From an uncultured euryarchaeote (GTDB lineage: Archaea > Thermoplasmatota > Poseidoniia > Poseidoniales > Poseidoniaceae), in contig CALBIL010000038.1 in NCBI GenBank assembly GCA_937892945.1, positions 66,102 through 130,101 of the forward strand: 64,000 bases of DNA. Direction: 5' to 3'. Of this stretch, positions 23,926-33,898 are shown one piece after another. How positions within the stretch are numbered: position 1 is the stretch's first letter; the number at the start of each line of letters is the position of its first letter. The translations under genes and the position numbers were made by a program. The notes under the pieces were generated by a model. It was given only the letters and a program-made list of their open reading frames with translations. It was not told the origin of the DNA and searched no databases.

Positions 23926-24666
23926 ATGGATTACGACAGCATGACTGTTTTACAACTGAAAAACTTATGCAAGGATCGTGGGATACGAATCTCCGGTAAC
24001 AAAGCAGAAGTTGTCATCCGATTGATGGAAGATGATGAATCCTCAGTCCCACAACAACAACTTCAAGTCCCTCAACAGTCATTTCCACAGCATGTCCAAG
24101 GTGGTTATGCGCCTGCACAAACAATCTATGTCAAGAAGGAAGATGAACTCGCATCTGGAATTGGGACATGTATCATAATTTATGCAATCTTTCGATTGTT
24201 TTGGGCTGTTATATTTTCAACAGGAGGAGGAGGGGCTGAGGCTTGGTTACTCTCTCCAGTAGCCTTCTTGTTAGGTGTCGGTTTTTTAATTGGAGGAGTT
24301 ATTACCTATTCTGGTTATCGAAATGGAGTATATATCACACTTGCTATCCTCGCAGTCTCGGGCCTATTTAGTGTAGCATTTCACGGAGACGAACCAAACC
24401 CTGTATCCATCGCATGGGGTGAGGAAATGATCATGACTTCACTCATGTGCTCATTTACTTGTATGATTATTGTAGCTTTGCCGTTAATGCTTTCGAAACT
24501 CAAAGGGGGATGGCCAATACCAATTGAAAATCTCTTGTACAGAAACCAGTCGACGGATGGTAAGAAAAATATTGAGTGCCAATCATGTAAGGCGGAATTA
24601 CGAGTCCCAAGTGACTACTCTGGACAAATTGAATGCCCGACCTGTAAATCTCAAATGAATGTTTAA
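23926..24666 (+). CDS. SAP-domain membrane protein with C-terminal zinc ribbon
   Basis: MTVLQLKNLCKDRGIRISGNKAEVVIRL (SAP), Gln-rich linker, about 4 TM helices, CQSC...CPTC. Confidence 0.8.
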   Translation: MDYDSMTVLQLKNLCKDRGIRISGNKAEVVIRLMEDDESSVPQQQLQVPQQSFPQHVQGGYAPAQTIYVKKEDELASGIGTCIIIYAIFRLFWAVIFSTGGGGAEAWLLSPVAFLLGVGFLIGGVITYSGYRNGVYITLAILAVSGLFSVAFHGDEPNPVSIAWGEEMIMTSLMCSFTCMIIVALPLMLSKLKGGWPIPIENLLYRNQSTDGKKNIECQSCKAELRVPSDYSGQIECPTCKSQMNV

Positions 24667-24667
24667 G

Positions 24668-24958
24668 TCAATCTTCTTGCGCAGGTGATTGTCCATCATC
24701 CATTCCAACGATTTCATAGTTTGAGGGAAACAAAGCAATGACGACGCCCAAAATCAAGGAAGCAAGACCCCAACCGAACATCTGCCGAACGAAAAGCATC
24801 TCAAGGGCAATGACGACCAAAATCATACCACCTATGTTCGAAGTCCAAACCAGCGTTTTGAATGTTGAGAGAGAAACGCCAGGCGTTCCTTCTTTGCGAT
24901 ATGGGCCAAATTCACCACCAAACCGTTGGGCTGTATCTTGTTTATCTTTCTTTGACAT
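24668..24958 (-). CDS. Small 2-TM membrane protein
   Basis: ATG at 24958 preceded by GAGGTGA; two hydrophobic helices. Confidence 0.7.
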   Translation of the reverse strand: MSKKDKQDTAQRFGGEFGPYRKEGTPGVSLSTFKTLVWTSNIGGMILVVIALEMLFVRQMFGWGLASLILGVVIALFPSNYEIVGMDDGQSPAQED

Positions 24959-24968
24959 CGTGTTCACC

Positions 24969-25301
24969 TCATCGATCAATCATTGTGATGGCATCGGTTG
25001 GGCATGCTAAGACACACAACCGGCAACCTGTGCAATCTGCACGTAGAATCTTGGCTTTTTGATTTGACTCTACATGAATCAAAGGACTCACCATATCGAC
25101 CTTATACATCTCAATGGCATCATCGTCACAAACAATGGTACATTGGTCACAACCAATGCAGAGACGTTCTTCAACAAAAGCAACGGCAGTCTCACCACCT
25201 TTGAGGGATGCACGTTGTTCACCTCGAAGTCTGTTGAGTGAAGTACGAATGCGTATAGCCTCCTGTTCTCGACGCTTTCGCAACTCGTCGGAGGAGGTCA
25301 T
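24969..25301 (-). CDS. 2x[4Fe-4S] ferredoxin-like protein
   Basis: CIGCDQCTIVC and CTGCRLCVLACP motifs; basic helical N-terminus. Confidence 0.9.
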   Translation of the reverse strand: MTSSDELRKRREQEAIRIRTSLNRLRGEQRASLKGGETAVAFVEERLCIGCDQCTIVCDDDAIEMYKVDMVSPLIHVESNQKAKILRADCTGCRLCVLACPTDAITMIDR

Positions 25302-25978
25302 ACAGTCACCTCCACCGGGTCCTTCCCTTCAAACTTGACGACAGCCATGTTCACCAAAAGGTCGCCAAGACAATAGAAAGAACCCACCAACAGTGGAGGA
25401 TTCCAAGCGGTTAAGCCCGTCCAAGGAACCTGATTTGCCCATGTCCAGTTACCGAGTGAAGTTCCCCAGATTTCCATAGCCAATGCAGCCCAAGCCATTG
25501 CTGAGTACAATCGTGGTTGAGGACCCCACTTTGTGAAGATTAAAACAAGAGCCAAAAGGAAAACTGCTGAAGTGTCGCCACCAGTCCACGCACCATAGGC
25601 AACCAACGGAACAAAAGGTGCCAGCAAGGGTAACGCCCAAGTTTCTTTCATCGTGTCTGCGGCCATTCGCCCAAGGTCAAACAGGAAATAGTGACCTGCA
25701 GGAACAAACAATGGCATGAGACCGCGTTGATATTCATAGATCAGCCAGATTTCGCTAAAGAACAATTCCATTGGTGTTGCAATTGCAATCACTGTAATCA
25801 TTTCAATACGCTGCTTACGGCTTCCACCTCGATAAAACCAAGCGAAAAGGCCCCAGCACCAGAGATTGACGGGTAATTCTGCATATTCGTCTCCAACCAG
25901 GCCGTTACAAGCTGTTGCGGAAAACCAGAGCCCTAGAGCAATGGTGCCAATGTAGACCCACGCTCTGTTCATGTTCAT
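25298..25978 (-). CDS. Hypothetical polytopic membrane protein
   Basis: Trp/aromatic-rich with about 7 TM segments; overlaps the ferredoxin start; start codon uncertain. Confidence 0.7.
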   Translation of the reverse strand: MNMNRAWVYIGTIALGLWFSATACNGLVGDEYAELPVNLWCWGLFAWFYRGGSRKQRIEMITVIAIATPMELFFSEIWLIYEYQRGLMPLFVPAGHYFLFDLGRMAADTMKETWALPLLAPFVPLVAYGAWTGGDTSAVFLLALVLIFTKWGPQPRLYSAMAWAALAMEIWGTSLGNWTWANQVPWTGLTAWNPPLLVGSFYCLGDLLVNMAVVKFEGKDPVEVTV

Positions 25979-26011
25979 ACGAGGAGGTCCACCACTTAGC
26001 AAGAACGGATG

Positions 26012-27229
26012 TTATTGATGCCCGTAGGAAAGTAATTCCTTACCCATTGCTAACATGGAAAGTTCTGCAACTAAGGCATGCCAACCGTGTGCATGTTCAC
26101 CGTATTGACCACCTGATTGTGAAAAAGATTCAAATTGGGCACTCGGAGAATTCAAATTATCAATATCCGATTTCTTAGAATTTATTCTATAGAACCATGA
26201 AGCAGCCTGGCCGTCAACTAAATAGACGACAGGTTCGACAGGAGCGCCTTCATCGTTTTCCAAAATGGTCGGAATTCCTTCTTGTATCAGGAAGTTTTCG
26301 ACATCAACACCGCCTTTCGAGTACATCAATCGATTCATTTTACGGTTTGAGAGTTGTAATAATTCGCTTCCGCTGCGAACAGTCATGATTCCGAGACCGT
26401 ATGTGCCTCTATCGTTTTTGATGAAAACGACAGGTTCCCGATCAACGCCGTGTTCCAAGTACTTTTGACGCAGTTGTTCCAAAAAGGAGTCAACTTCAGC
26501 AGCCAGTTCAATTCTACAGGCTTCTTTCTCTAAGCATTTATTTTTCGAGACAAACCATTCAGCCATGAAGTGCCAAGGGTCGATATCGAGCATCTGAGCG
26601 ATTTCTTCTACATATTCACGAAGAACCTCATAATGCTGAGATTTCCTTCGACGGTGCCAGCCCATTGAAGGAGGCGGAGATACAATTTGATTGCTAAGAC
26701 CTGCAACAATACCTTCAGTCAAATCATTATTCAGGAGAATCAAGTCTGGCGCTTTTCCATCGATTAACAGAATTTCTTTTCCATCTTTCTGCGATGATTT
26801 GACTTGGTCGAGTTTCAAAGCACCTGAAAGACCAATCAGGTGGCCCAATTCTACGAAATCCACGGAACCAACAGTGCATCGAAATCCTGCGATTTCCAGT
26901 AATTCTTTCAATGCGATGAGATTTTCAACATATCCTTTGTTCCGAGTATGTGATTCAGGGTAAAGATGGACCCATTCGCAGTCTGTGTATTCACGCAGAA
27001 TATGAGTTTTGAGAAGTGCGCCAATGGACGGTTTATCTTCTGATGAAACATTGTTGAAACCTGCAGGAAAGTGATTTGCATCTACGACACTGATTTTCCA
27101 ACCAGCATCCCGAATGTCAACACTACCATAGATTGGAATCGGCACTTCACTTCTTTTTTGAGTCATCCATGCAGTGAGTTCTGCACGCTTGCTTTCAAGC
27201 ACAGGTGCTAAATTATGAACAAATGTCAA
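26012..27229 (-). CDS. gshA: Glutamate--cysteine ligase, ATP-grasp (gshA_ferroox) type
   Basis: YGSVDIRDAGWK..VDANHFPAGFNN, PESHTRN..Y, ILLNNDL, GWHRRRKS.H, IKNDRGTYGLGIM, EPVVY, NLNSP. TTG start overlaps the asnB stop with a GAGGTGA RBS. Confidence 0.88.
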   Translation of the reverse strand: MTFVHNLAPVLESKRAELTAWMTQKRSEVPIPIYGSVDIRDAGWKISVVDANHFPAGFNNVSSEDKPSIGALLKTHILREYTDCEWVHLYPESHTRNKGYVENLIALKELLEIAGFRCTVGSVDFVELGHLIGLSGALKLDQVKSSQKDGKEILLIDGKAPDLILLNNDLTEGIVAGLSNQIVSPPPSMGWHRRRKSQHYEVLREYVEEIAQMLDIDPWHFMAEWFVSKNKCLEKEACRIELAAEVDSFLEQLRQKYLEHGVDREPVVFIKNDRGTYGLGIMTVRSGSELLQLSNRKMNRLMYSKGGVDVENFLIQEGIPTILENDEGAPVEPVVYLVDGQAASWFYRINSKKSDIDNLNSPSAQFESFSQSGGQYGEHAHGWHALVAELSMLAMGKELLSYGHQ

Positions 27230-29010
27230 CCAATCACCTCGTTGAGTAAATCCATCGTCGAACCCGTAGGTTTTTTCGTCCCTCTATCCAAAATGTGAAC
27301 TGCCTCAAACAATCCTAAACCCAGGGCTATATCAGGCTGTGTCTTTAAGGCCCCAAAAAGTAAGGGATAACGATGAAGAAGAGCATCGGTTTGAGGCTTA
27401 TACTCTGCAAGAAGATTATCGATTAAAGTTGGCGATGTTGCCCGACCTGCAGGTAATTTAGGGCGGCGAACGATATGCTTTGGCAACGAAGTAAGCGATG
27501 CCGCTGCACGTAAGGCGATTTTTTCATCACCGTTGGCAGGAAGTCGCCATTGCATCGGTAATTTGTGACTTGCTTGGCGATGCGACTTGGAAAGGAATGG
27601 AACTCTAACTTCCAATGAGTGAGCCATTGAATGGCGATCAACTAATCGTAATTGGAAATTTGAAAGTTGTCCGTGGTCCAATTCGAATTGAAGGAATTCT
27701 TCCAGTGAACCAGTATGGCTACTGCCAGCATGACCCTTCGCATACCAGTGTTCACCAACAGGTAATGTTTCATTCTCAATTTGACGTGCAAAAGGATGTG
27801 CCATCGATGCCAAACGAGCATCGATCACCTCACCGTGACTCTTGAGGTCGCGATAGCGTGGATAACCAGCGTGTAACTCATCTGCCCCTTGCCCACACAA
27901 TCCAACCGTCACATGCTGTGACATCTTTTGGAAGAGTGGTTGAAAAAAGAGGACTGTGACGTCAAGGTCTTCACCATGCCAGGATAAATCCGGAAGAAGT
28001 GTATCAAATGAATCGGGTTCGAGAATATGTTGATGATGAGCCAAATCAAACGATGAAGCAACTTCTTCCGCAGCAATCCAATCCGGATTTTCCTCACTTT
28101 CAGCGACCGTCCAACATGCCGGAACTGGTTGATGCGCACGTTCTGCTGCCTCATGTGCAACTGCAGCTACCAATGAGGAATCAAGTCCGCCGGAAAGAAC
28201 AATTCCTACAGGTACCTCTGACATGAGACGTTCCGAAACACCTTCGACAAATGTTTCCAGAAGAGATTCTGCATCAGTTTTGGGGTTCCAAGAACTTGAT
28301 GGGTTGACATGTTGCTGTTCGATGGTGGCACGGTCAAACAGTTTGGCTTTACCTTCAAGGTCTAATGCCCAAACTTCAACAGTACCTGGTCGAATCTGAG
28401 TGACATCTTTCAGTAACGTCGTACCATCAAGCGGGTATTCCCATGCAAGACGAGCAACAAGTGCTTCCTCGTCGAGTGCAGGTACATGGCCTTCATGTGC
28501 TCGTAATGCTTTACTTTCACTGGCAAAAAGAAGTGAACCGTCAACGGATGTCCGAACAAGTGGCTTAATTCCAAGCGGGTCACGCGCCAAAAGTAAATGA
28601 CGAGATTCAGAATCCCAAAGAGCAAATGCATACATCCCATTCAATTGCGAGATCCATTGTGCGTGTTGTCGAGCAGTTAACACGCCGGAATGCTTCGATT
28701 TCGAGGCATCAAGAAGTGCCAATATAGATTCAGAGTCACCCTGTGTTTTCCAAGAAAAAGAGGGGTGCTGAGAACGGATTTCCCGATAATTATAGATCTC
28801 TCCATTTGCTACAAGAACTTCACGTTCTGAGCCAAACAGAGGTTGGTCACTTCCAGACAAGTCAACAATAGCTAATCGAGTATGGCCAAGTGAGATATGG
28901 TCATCAGACCAGACATCATTTCCATCCGGCCCTCGATGATGAAGAAGTGAATTCATTCTTTGAACAACGGCAGGGTCCGGCTCTCCGAACATCCCACCTA
29001 TGCCACACAT
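27226..29010 (-). CDS. asnB: Asparagine synthase (glutamine-hydrolysing) family amidotransferase
   Basis: N-terminal MCGI, HRGPD, RLAIVD, NGEIYN, RDPLGIKPL, LSGGLDSS, GQGADE, LEVRVPFL. Confidence 0.9.
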   Translation of the reverse strand: MCGIGGMFGEPDPAVVQRMNSLLHHRGPDGNDVWSDDHISLGHTRLAIVDLSGSDQPLFGSEREVLVANGEIYNYREIRSQHPSFSWKTQGDSESILALLDASKSKHSGVLTARQHAQWISQLNGMYAFALWDSESRHLLLARDPLGIKPLVRTSVDGSLLFASESKALRAHEGHVPALDEEALVARLAWEYPLDGTTLLKDVTQIRPGTVEVWALDLEGKAKLFDRATIEQQHVNPSSSWNPKTDAESLLETFVEGVSERLMSEVPVGIVLSGGLDSSLVAAVAHEAAERAHQPVPACWTVAESEENPDWIAAEEVASSFDLAHHQHILEPDSFDTLLPDLSWHGEDLDVTVLFFQPLFQKMSQHVTVGLCGQGADELHAGYPRYRDLKSHGEVIDARLASMAHPFARQIENETLPVGEHWYAKGHAGSSHTGSLEEFLQFELDHGQLSNFQLRLVDRHSMAHSLEVRVPFLSKSHRQASHKLPMQWRLPANGDEKIALRAAASLTSLPKHIVRRPKLPAGRATSPTLIDNLLAEYKPQTDALLHRYPLLFGALKTQPDIALGLGLFEAVHILDRGTKKPTGSTMDLLNEVIG

Positions 29011-29053
29011 AAGGCAACCAAAACGACGACCTTTTTCAAGCATCCCTTAGAAA

Positions 29054-29170
29054 TCAAAGGCCCCAAAGCGGATACCGAACCATGGAGATTGCAAGGAAAA
29101 TGACACCGAGGGAAAACACGACAAAATAGGCGATTTGTGGTGGTGCTGAATCTTTGGTCTCTTCATTCAT
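29054..29170 (-). CDS. 38-aa single-TM microprotein
   Basis: MNEETKDSAPPQIAYFVVFSLGVIFLAISMVRYPLWGL*; TGAGGG upstream; below the ORF-track cutoff. Confidence 0.5.
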   Translation of the reverse strand: MNEETKDSAPPQIAYFVVFSLGVIFLAISMVRYPLWGL

Positions 29171-29241
29171 CTGTATCCCTCAACCTTGCCAGTGCTAACC
29201 ATCATTTGAACATATTGAGTCAACTTCTACACATCTTTTGA

Positions 29242-29865
29242 TTACATCAGTTGGAGAAAGGGCTCAAACAGTAAAATCATACCAAGTGGAATAAGGACCA
29301 TGGTTGCGTTATCATCGATGTAGCGTAGACGAGGCCATTCAGAGGCTACACACAAAGGTGCAAACAAAAAGGCCAGCCAGAAGGGTGTTCCAAAAAAGTG
29401 CCAGCAAGCGACCCAAACAAAGAACAGGAAGACCACCGATGATACAATGACACTACGCGTATTCATTCCTCGGCGTCTCATTTCTCCAAGGAAAGGGTCA
29501 CCTAACGATAAAGAAAGAATAATTGGCCAAGCATAGGCTTCGACTGGAGCCAATAAAAAAACCAGACCGATTCCAAATGCGCCCCAACCGAGTGCAGAGA
29601 TTTGCCGGGCTTCATACTCTCGTTGACCATAGATCGTAATCCCAAAACGAAGACGAAGCCCTTCTAAAATAAACAATAAAAAAACCATCGTCGACATGAA
29701 TTGTGGCACTGTCAATCCAACAAGGTCCGAAAGGGATTCACCATATTCAAAAAATATCAAGGGAAGAAAGGACATACCGACATGGATTGAACGGCGGAAC
29801 ACATGTCCACCCATTCCACCAATTGATAATTCAACAGGGTTTGTTAATTCAACATGTTCACTCAT
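29242..29865 (-). CDS. Polyprenol/dolichol/phytol kinase-like (CTP-dependent) membrane protein
   Basis: RRSIH, EGLRL, REYE, LSLGDP..G, C-terminal IDDN; multiple TM helices. Confidence 0.7.
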   Translation of the reverse strand: MSEHVELTNPVELSIGGMGGHVFRRSIHVGMSFLPLIFFEYGESLSDLVGLTVPQFMSTMVFLLFILEGLRLRFGITIYGQREYEARQISALGWGAFGIGLVFLLAPVEAYAWPIILSLSLGDPFLGEMRRRGMNTRSVIVSSVVFLFFVWVACWHFFGTPFWLAFLFAPLCVASEWPRLRYIDDNATMVLIPLGMILLFEPFLQLM

Positions 29866-30769
29866 TGTGTTCACCACCTATAATTTGTAACGCTTCATCT
29901 AACAGAATTGAACCCTTCGCCAGTTTTTCGAGTAATTCCTCGAGTTGTGGAGATTCCAGTATTTTTCGTTCATGGTATGCCAAAAGACGTTCACGCCATC
30001 GAGCACGTATTGAACGACCCGATGAAGAAAGTGTGAGAAGCATTTCAGCAGCCTCTGTAATACCATTGCCATGTATGGCTGAAGTCAAAAGCACGGGAGG
30101 GGAATTACCCGCACCTAATTCAAACGATTCACGTATTTCATCAGCGTGAAGTTCCGCACCAGGTAAATCCGATTTGTTGACTAAAACTGCATCTGCTAAT
30201 TCGAGTAAGCCTGCTTTTTCAGCTTGAATGCCGTCACCTCGTGCTGGCCCTTCAACCACAACGATTCGGTCGGCTAATGCTGCGCATCTGACTTCAGATT
30301 GTCCTGCGCCAACCGTTTCAATAACGACTCTCTGCCAGCCTAAAGCGAGGAGTACTTTGGTCATGTCTTCTACGATGACTGGGACACTCCCAGATGCTTT
30401 ACGAGTGGCAACTGAACGCAAATAAATTAATTCATTCAACTCACGGTCATCAACGACCGTCATCCGTACTCTGTCACCGAGTAAAGCGCCACCCGTTCGA
30501 GGAGATGAAGGGTCGACGGCCAAGACTGCAACCCGGAGTCCTTTTTCAGCCCAGGAACGAAGCAATCCATCAAGAAGACATGATTTGCCAACTCCTGGAG
30601 CACCTGTAATGGCTAATGTTTGCCAATCATCGTTGGCAGCGTGAGGGACTAAACCAATCACATCGAGTACTTCTTCAATCTTGACTAAACCGTTTTCAAG
30701 ACAACTTAACGTTCGCGCAAGTGAACGACGGTCGCCAGATTTGGCTTGCTCAAGGAACTCGAATGTCAT
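29858..30769 (-). CDS. meaB: MeaB/ArgK methylmalonyl-CoA mutase-associated GTPase
   Basis: ITGAPGVGKS, AVDPSSPRTGGALLGDRVRM, IETVGAGQSE, GDGIQAEKAG, NKSD. Confidence 0.92.
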   Translation of the reverse strand: MTFEFLEQAKSGDRRSLARTLSCLENGLVKIEEVLDVIGLVPHAANDDWQTLAITGAPGVGKSCLLDGLLRSWAEKGLRVAVLAVDPSSPRTGGALLGDRVRMTVVDDRELNELIYLRSVATRKASGSVPVIVEDMTKVLLALGWQRVVIETVGAGQSEVRCAALADRIVVVEGPARGDGIQAEKAGLLELADAVLVNKSDLPGAELHADEIRESFELGAGNSPPVLLTSAIHGNGITEAAEMLLTLSSSGRSIRARWRERLLAYHERKILESPQLEELLEKLAKGSILLDEALQIIGGEHNE

Positions 30770-30778
30770 CCCATCACC

Positions 30779-31225
30779 TCATGCCGATGAGGTCCAATAC
30801 CAATCGCTGTCTTGCCCAACGCCAGTATTTTCCAACTGTGTTGCTTGTTCTATAAATTCTAAAATCTCAGAAGTAGGTGTACCTGGGCCAAAGATTGCTC
30901 GTATTCCACAAGCGTACAAGGGTTCACGGTCGCCGAGAGGAATGATTCCTCCACCAAAAACGATTACATCGTTCAAGCCTTGCTGTTTCAATAATTCACA
31001 GACCTTTGGAAAAAGATGTTCATGCGCACCGGAAAGTGAAGAGAGACCGAGGAAGCGTGCGTCTTCGTCTCGAACTGTATCAACGATCTGCTGAGCAGAG
31101 CGACGTAAACCAGTGTAAATGACTTCATTCCCTGCATCGCGCAATGCTCTTGCGACCACTTTAGCACCCCGGTCATGCCCATCTAAGCCGGGCTTCGCAA
31201 CCACGATTCGCCACGGTTCGCTCAT
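30779..31225 (-). CDS. Methylmalonyl-CoA mutase cobalamin-binding subunit
   Basis: KPGLDGHDRGAKV, GLSSLSGAH, GGGIIP, FGPGT; likely start MSEPW at 31225. Confidence 0.93.
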   Translation of the reverse strand: MSEPWRIVVAKPGLDGHDRGAKVVARALRDAGNEVIYTGLRRSAQQIVDTVRDEDARFLGLSSLSGAHEHLFPKVCELLKQQGLNDVIVFGGGIIPLGDREPLYACGIRAIFGPGTPTSEILEFIEQATQLENTGVGQDSDWYWTSSA

Positions 31226-31383
31226 GGTTGTTGGAGGCATCCCCTCCCTATCAACACACCCCTTGCGACTGGTAGAGGCAGGTGAAAAGCGCTTTTGAGG
31301 AACGGTCTTGAGAACGCTTTCTAGGACCTCAATCAAAGGCAACGCATAAGGGCGGGTTTTCCATAGACCCCTTTGGGAAGCCT

Positions 31384-32937
31384 ATGACATCATCAGATGA
31401 AAGACTCCAAGATTTGCGAAATCGTAAATCTCGCAGCGAAATGGGCGGAGGCCAAGACCGAATCGATCGACAACATAGCAAGGGTAAAATGACGGCCCGT
31501 GAACGCATAGAGGTCTTACTCGACGAGGGTACATTCCAAGAGATTGATGCATTGGTTGAGCATCGTTGCCGAGATTTCGGCATGGACAAGGACATCATCC
31601 CTGGCGATGGTGTTGTTACTGGCCACGGCTCAATCAATGGACGTCAAGTGTTTACCTTCGCTCAAGACTTCACCGCTTACGGCGGATCTCTCGGTGAGAT
31701 GCACGGACTCAAAATATGCAAAGTCCTCGACATGGCACTCAAAACAGGACGCCCAGTCATCGGTTTAAACGACTCAGGAGGCGCTCGAATTCAGGAAGGA
31801 GTTGCCTCGCTAGGAAGTTATGCAGAAATCTTCTTTCGAAACGTTCGTGCTTCGGGTGTTGTACCTCAAATATCAGTCATTATGGGCCCATGCGCAGGTG
31901 GCGCAGTCTATTCTCCAGCCATCACAGATTTTGTCATCATGGTTGAAGAATCTTCATACATGTTCATCACAGGCCCAGAAGTTATCAAAACAGTAACGAA
32001 TGAAGAAGTCAACTTCGAAGATTTGGGCGGGGCATCAACACACGGCAGTAAATCAGGAGTCTCTCACTTCTCGGCAGCAGATGACGAAGCAGCAATTCAG
32101 TTGGCACGTGATTTATGCGATTTACTTCCACAAAATAATCTCGAGCGACCACCGGATAAGAAAACAAGTGATCCAATCGACCGTTCTTGCGAGATGCTCG
32201 ACTCCATCATGCCAGACCAAGCGACCAAAGCATACGATGTTCTTGATGTCATTTCAGAAGTACTCGACGATGGTGCTTTTCTGGAAGTTCAAGCGGACTG
32301 GGCGCAAAATATTGTCATTGGCTTTGGCCATCTTGGCAGTCATACAGTTGGCGTAGTTGCCAATCAACCCAAGTTTTTAGCAGGATGTTTGGACATCGAT
32401 GCAAGCGACAAGGCAGCTCGTTTTGTCCGTTTCTGTGATGCGTTTAACATTCCGATCATTACACTTGAAGATGTACCGGGATTCCTACCGGGTACAAGTC
32501 AAGAATGGGGAGGCATTATTCGACATGGAGCTAAACTACTCTATGCATATGCTGAAGCAACAGTTCCTAAACTTACAGTTATTCTTCGGAAAGCCTACGG
32601 TGGAGCATACGACGTCATGTCATCGAAACACATCCGTGGAGACTACAACGTCGCTTGGCCAACCGGTGAGATTGCTGTGATGGGTGCAGACGGAGCAGTC
32701 GAAATCATTCATAGAAAGCGTATTTCAAACTCACGAAATCCTGAACAGGAGCGCCAAAGACTCACTGAGGATTTTAATGAGAAGTTTGCAAATCCATATA
32801 CTGCTGCAGCATTAGGATATTTGGACGATGTCATCGAACCAAACCAGACTCGAAGTAAACTCTGCCGTGCACTTGAGATGCTCTTGGATAAAGAAGAATT
32901 ACGTCCTGCTCGGAAGCATGGAAATATCCCACTTTGA
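31384..32937 (+). CDS. pccB: Acyl-CoA carboxyltransferase (PccB/MmdA family)
   Basis: [47 protein letters not shown], terminal KHGNIPL. Confidence 0.93.
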   Translation: MTSSDERLQDLRNRKSRSEMGGGQDRIDRQHSKGKMTARERIEVLLDEGTFQEIDALVEHRCRDFGMDKDIIPGDGVVTGHGSINGRQVFTFAQDFTAYGGSLGEMHGLKICKVLDMALKTGRPVIGLNDSGGARIQEGVASLGSYAEIFFRNVRASGVVPQISVIMGPCAGGAVYSPAITDFVIMVEESSYMFITGPEVIKTVTNEEVNFEDLGGASTHGSKSGVSHFSAADDEAAIQLARDLCDLLPQNNLERPPDKKTSDPIDRSCEMLDSIMPDQATKAYDVLDVISEVLDDGAFLEVQADWAQNIVIGFGHLGSHTVGVVANQPKFLAGCLDIDASDKAARFVRFCDAFNIPIITLEDVPGFLPGTSQEWGGIIRHGAKLLYAYAEATVPKLTVILRKAYGGAYDVMSSKHIRGDYNVAWPTGEIAVMGADGAVEIIHRKRISNSRNPEQERQRLTEDFNEKFANPYTAAALGYLDDVIEPNQTRSKLCRALEMLLDKEELRPARKHGNIPL

Positions 32938-32946
32938 GGAATGCAT

Positions 32947-33141
32947 ATGTCAAACCATGATGAAGAAACTCTCCGAATGGCTGCTATTGCTGCAGTCTAT
33001 TCCCTACTCTCTCAAAGCGGAGACGACCCCGGTCAAGTTGCTCGTAAACCCGGTCTAGCATGGTCTCAAGACCATCGGAGAATGAATATGGGGCTCTCCT
33101 CATTAATGCTTAAACGAGCAAGCCGCTCACCTTGGAAGTGA
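32947..33141 (+). CDS. Small acyl-CoA carboxylase epsilon/delta-like subunit
   Basis: MAAIAAV...AWSQDHRR motif; lies between the carboxyltransferase and BCCP genes. Confidence 0.65.
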   Translation: MSNHDEETLRMAAIAAVYSLLSQSGDDPGQVARKPGLAWSQDHRRMNMGLSSLMLKRASRSPWK

Positions 33142-33145
33142 ACTT

Positions 33146-33547
33146 ATGACTGAAACACGAAAAGTGATCGTTGATGGAGCCGAATTTGAAGTCTTGATTG
33201 AAGGTGAAGGAACTTCATGGTCGGCAACTGTTGAAGGAAAGACATTTCAAATCGAAATACCTGATGCAGCACCTGTTATGAAAAAGAAAAGAAACGCAAG
33301 CGGGAAAAAGAAAAAGTCTGGCACTGTTTCAGCCAACATCCCAGGGAAAGTCGTTACAGTCGAAGTCAATGTTGGCGACGAAGTTGTTGAAGGACAAGTA
33401 ATTCTCATTCTCGAAGCCATGAAAATGCAGAATGAAATCCAAGCGCCTGTATCTGGAACCGTCATCTCTGTAAATTGTGAAGAAGGGCAGGCAATTGAGG
33501 CAAATATTCCGTTGGTTGTAATTGAACCGGTTCCAGAAGTTGAATAA
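33146..33547 (+). CDS. Biotin carboxyl carrier protein
   Basis: ILEAMKMQNEI biotinylation motif; PGKV, APVSG. Confidence 0.95.
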   Translation: MTETRKVIVDGAEFEVLIEGEGTSWSATVEGKTFQIEIPDAAPVMKKKRNASGKKKKSGTVSANIPGKVVTVEVNVGDEVVEGQVILILEAMKMQNEIQAPVSGTVISVNCEEGQAIEANIPLVVIEPVPEVE

Positions 33548-33614
33548 CACTCAAAATATCTCTTGAATACATCTTAGGCTCTATACGACCATTAAATACC
33601 TGTAAGCCTCTAAG

Positions 33615-33860
33615 ATGCTCATGGGCGGCTCAGCGGTATGTGATTTCCTCGGATGTGGCGAAGAAGGAACTATTGTTTCTCGACTTTCACCAGAAGGTTT
33701 TCTTGTCGCTACTGGCAAAAAGGCATATTCATTCAGAGAAGCATACCGACGATTTCACTACTGTGGCAATCACCATGATGAATTGATGGGTGGAGTTTGG
33801 TCACGGGTTCGCAAACCAGAAGATAAAAAAGAAGGCCACGTTGCACCTACCGCAATTTAA
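33615..33860 (+). CDS. Small hypothetical protein, possible Cys/His zinc finger
   Basis: CDFLGC...HYCGNHH; fills the intergenic gap. Confidence 0.55.
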   Translation: MLMGGSAVCDFLGCGEEGTIVSRLSPEGFLVATGKKAYSFREAYRRFHYCGNHHDELMGGVWSRVRKPEDKKEGHVAPTAI

Positions 33861-33898
33861 TGCGGAATAGAGAGTGTCTTAAACTACGACTCAATCCC

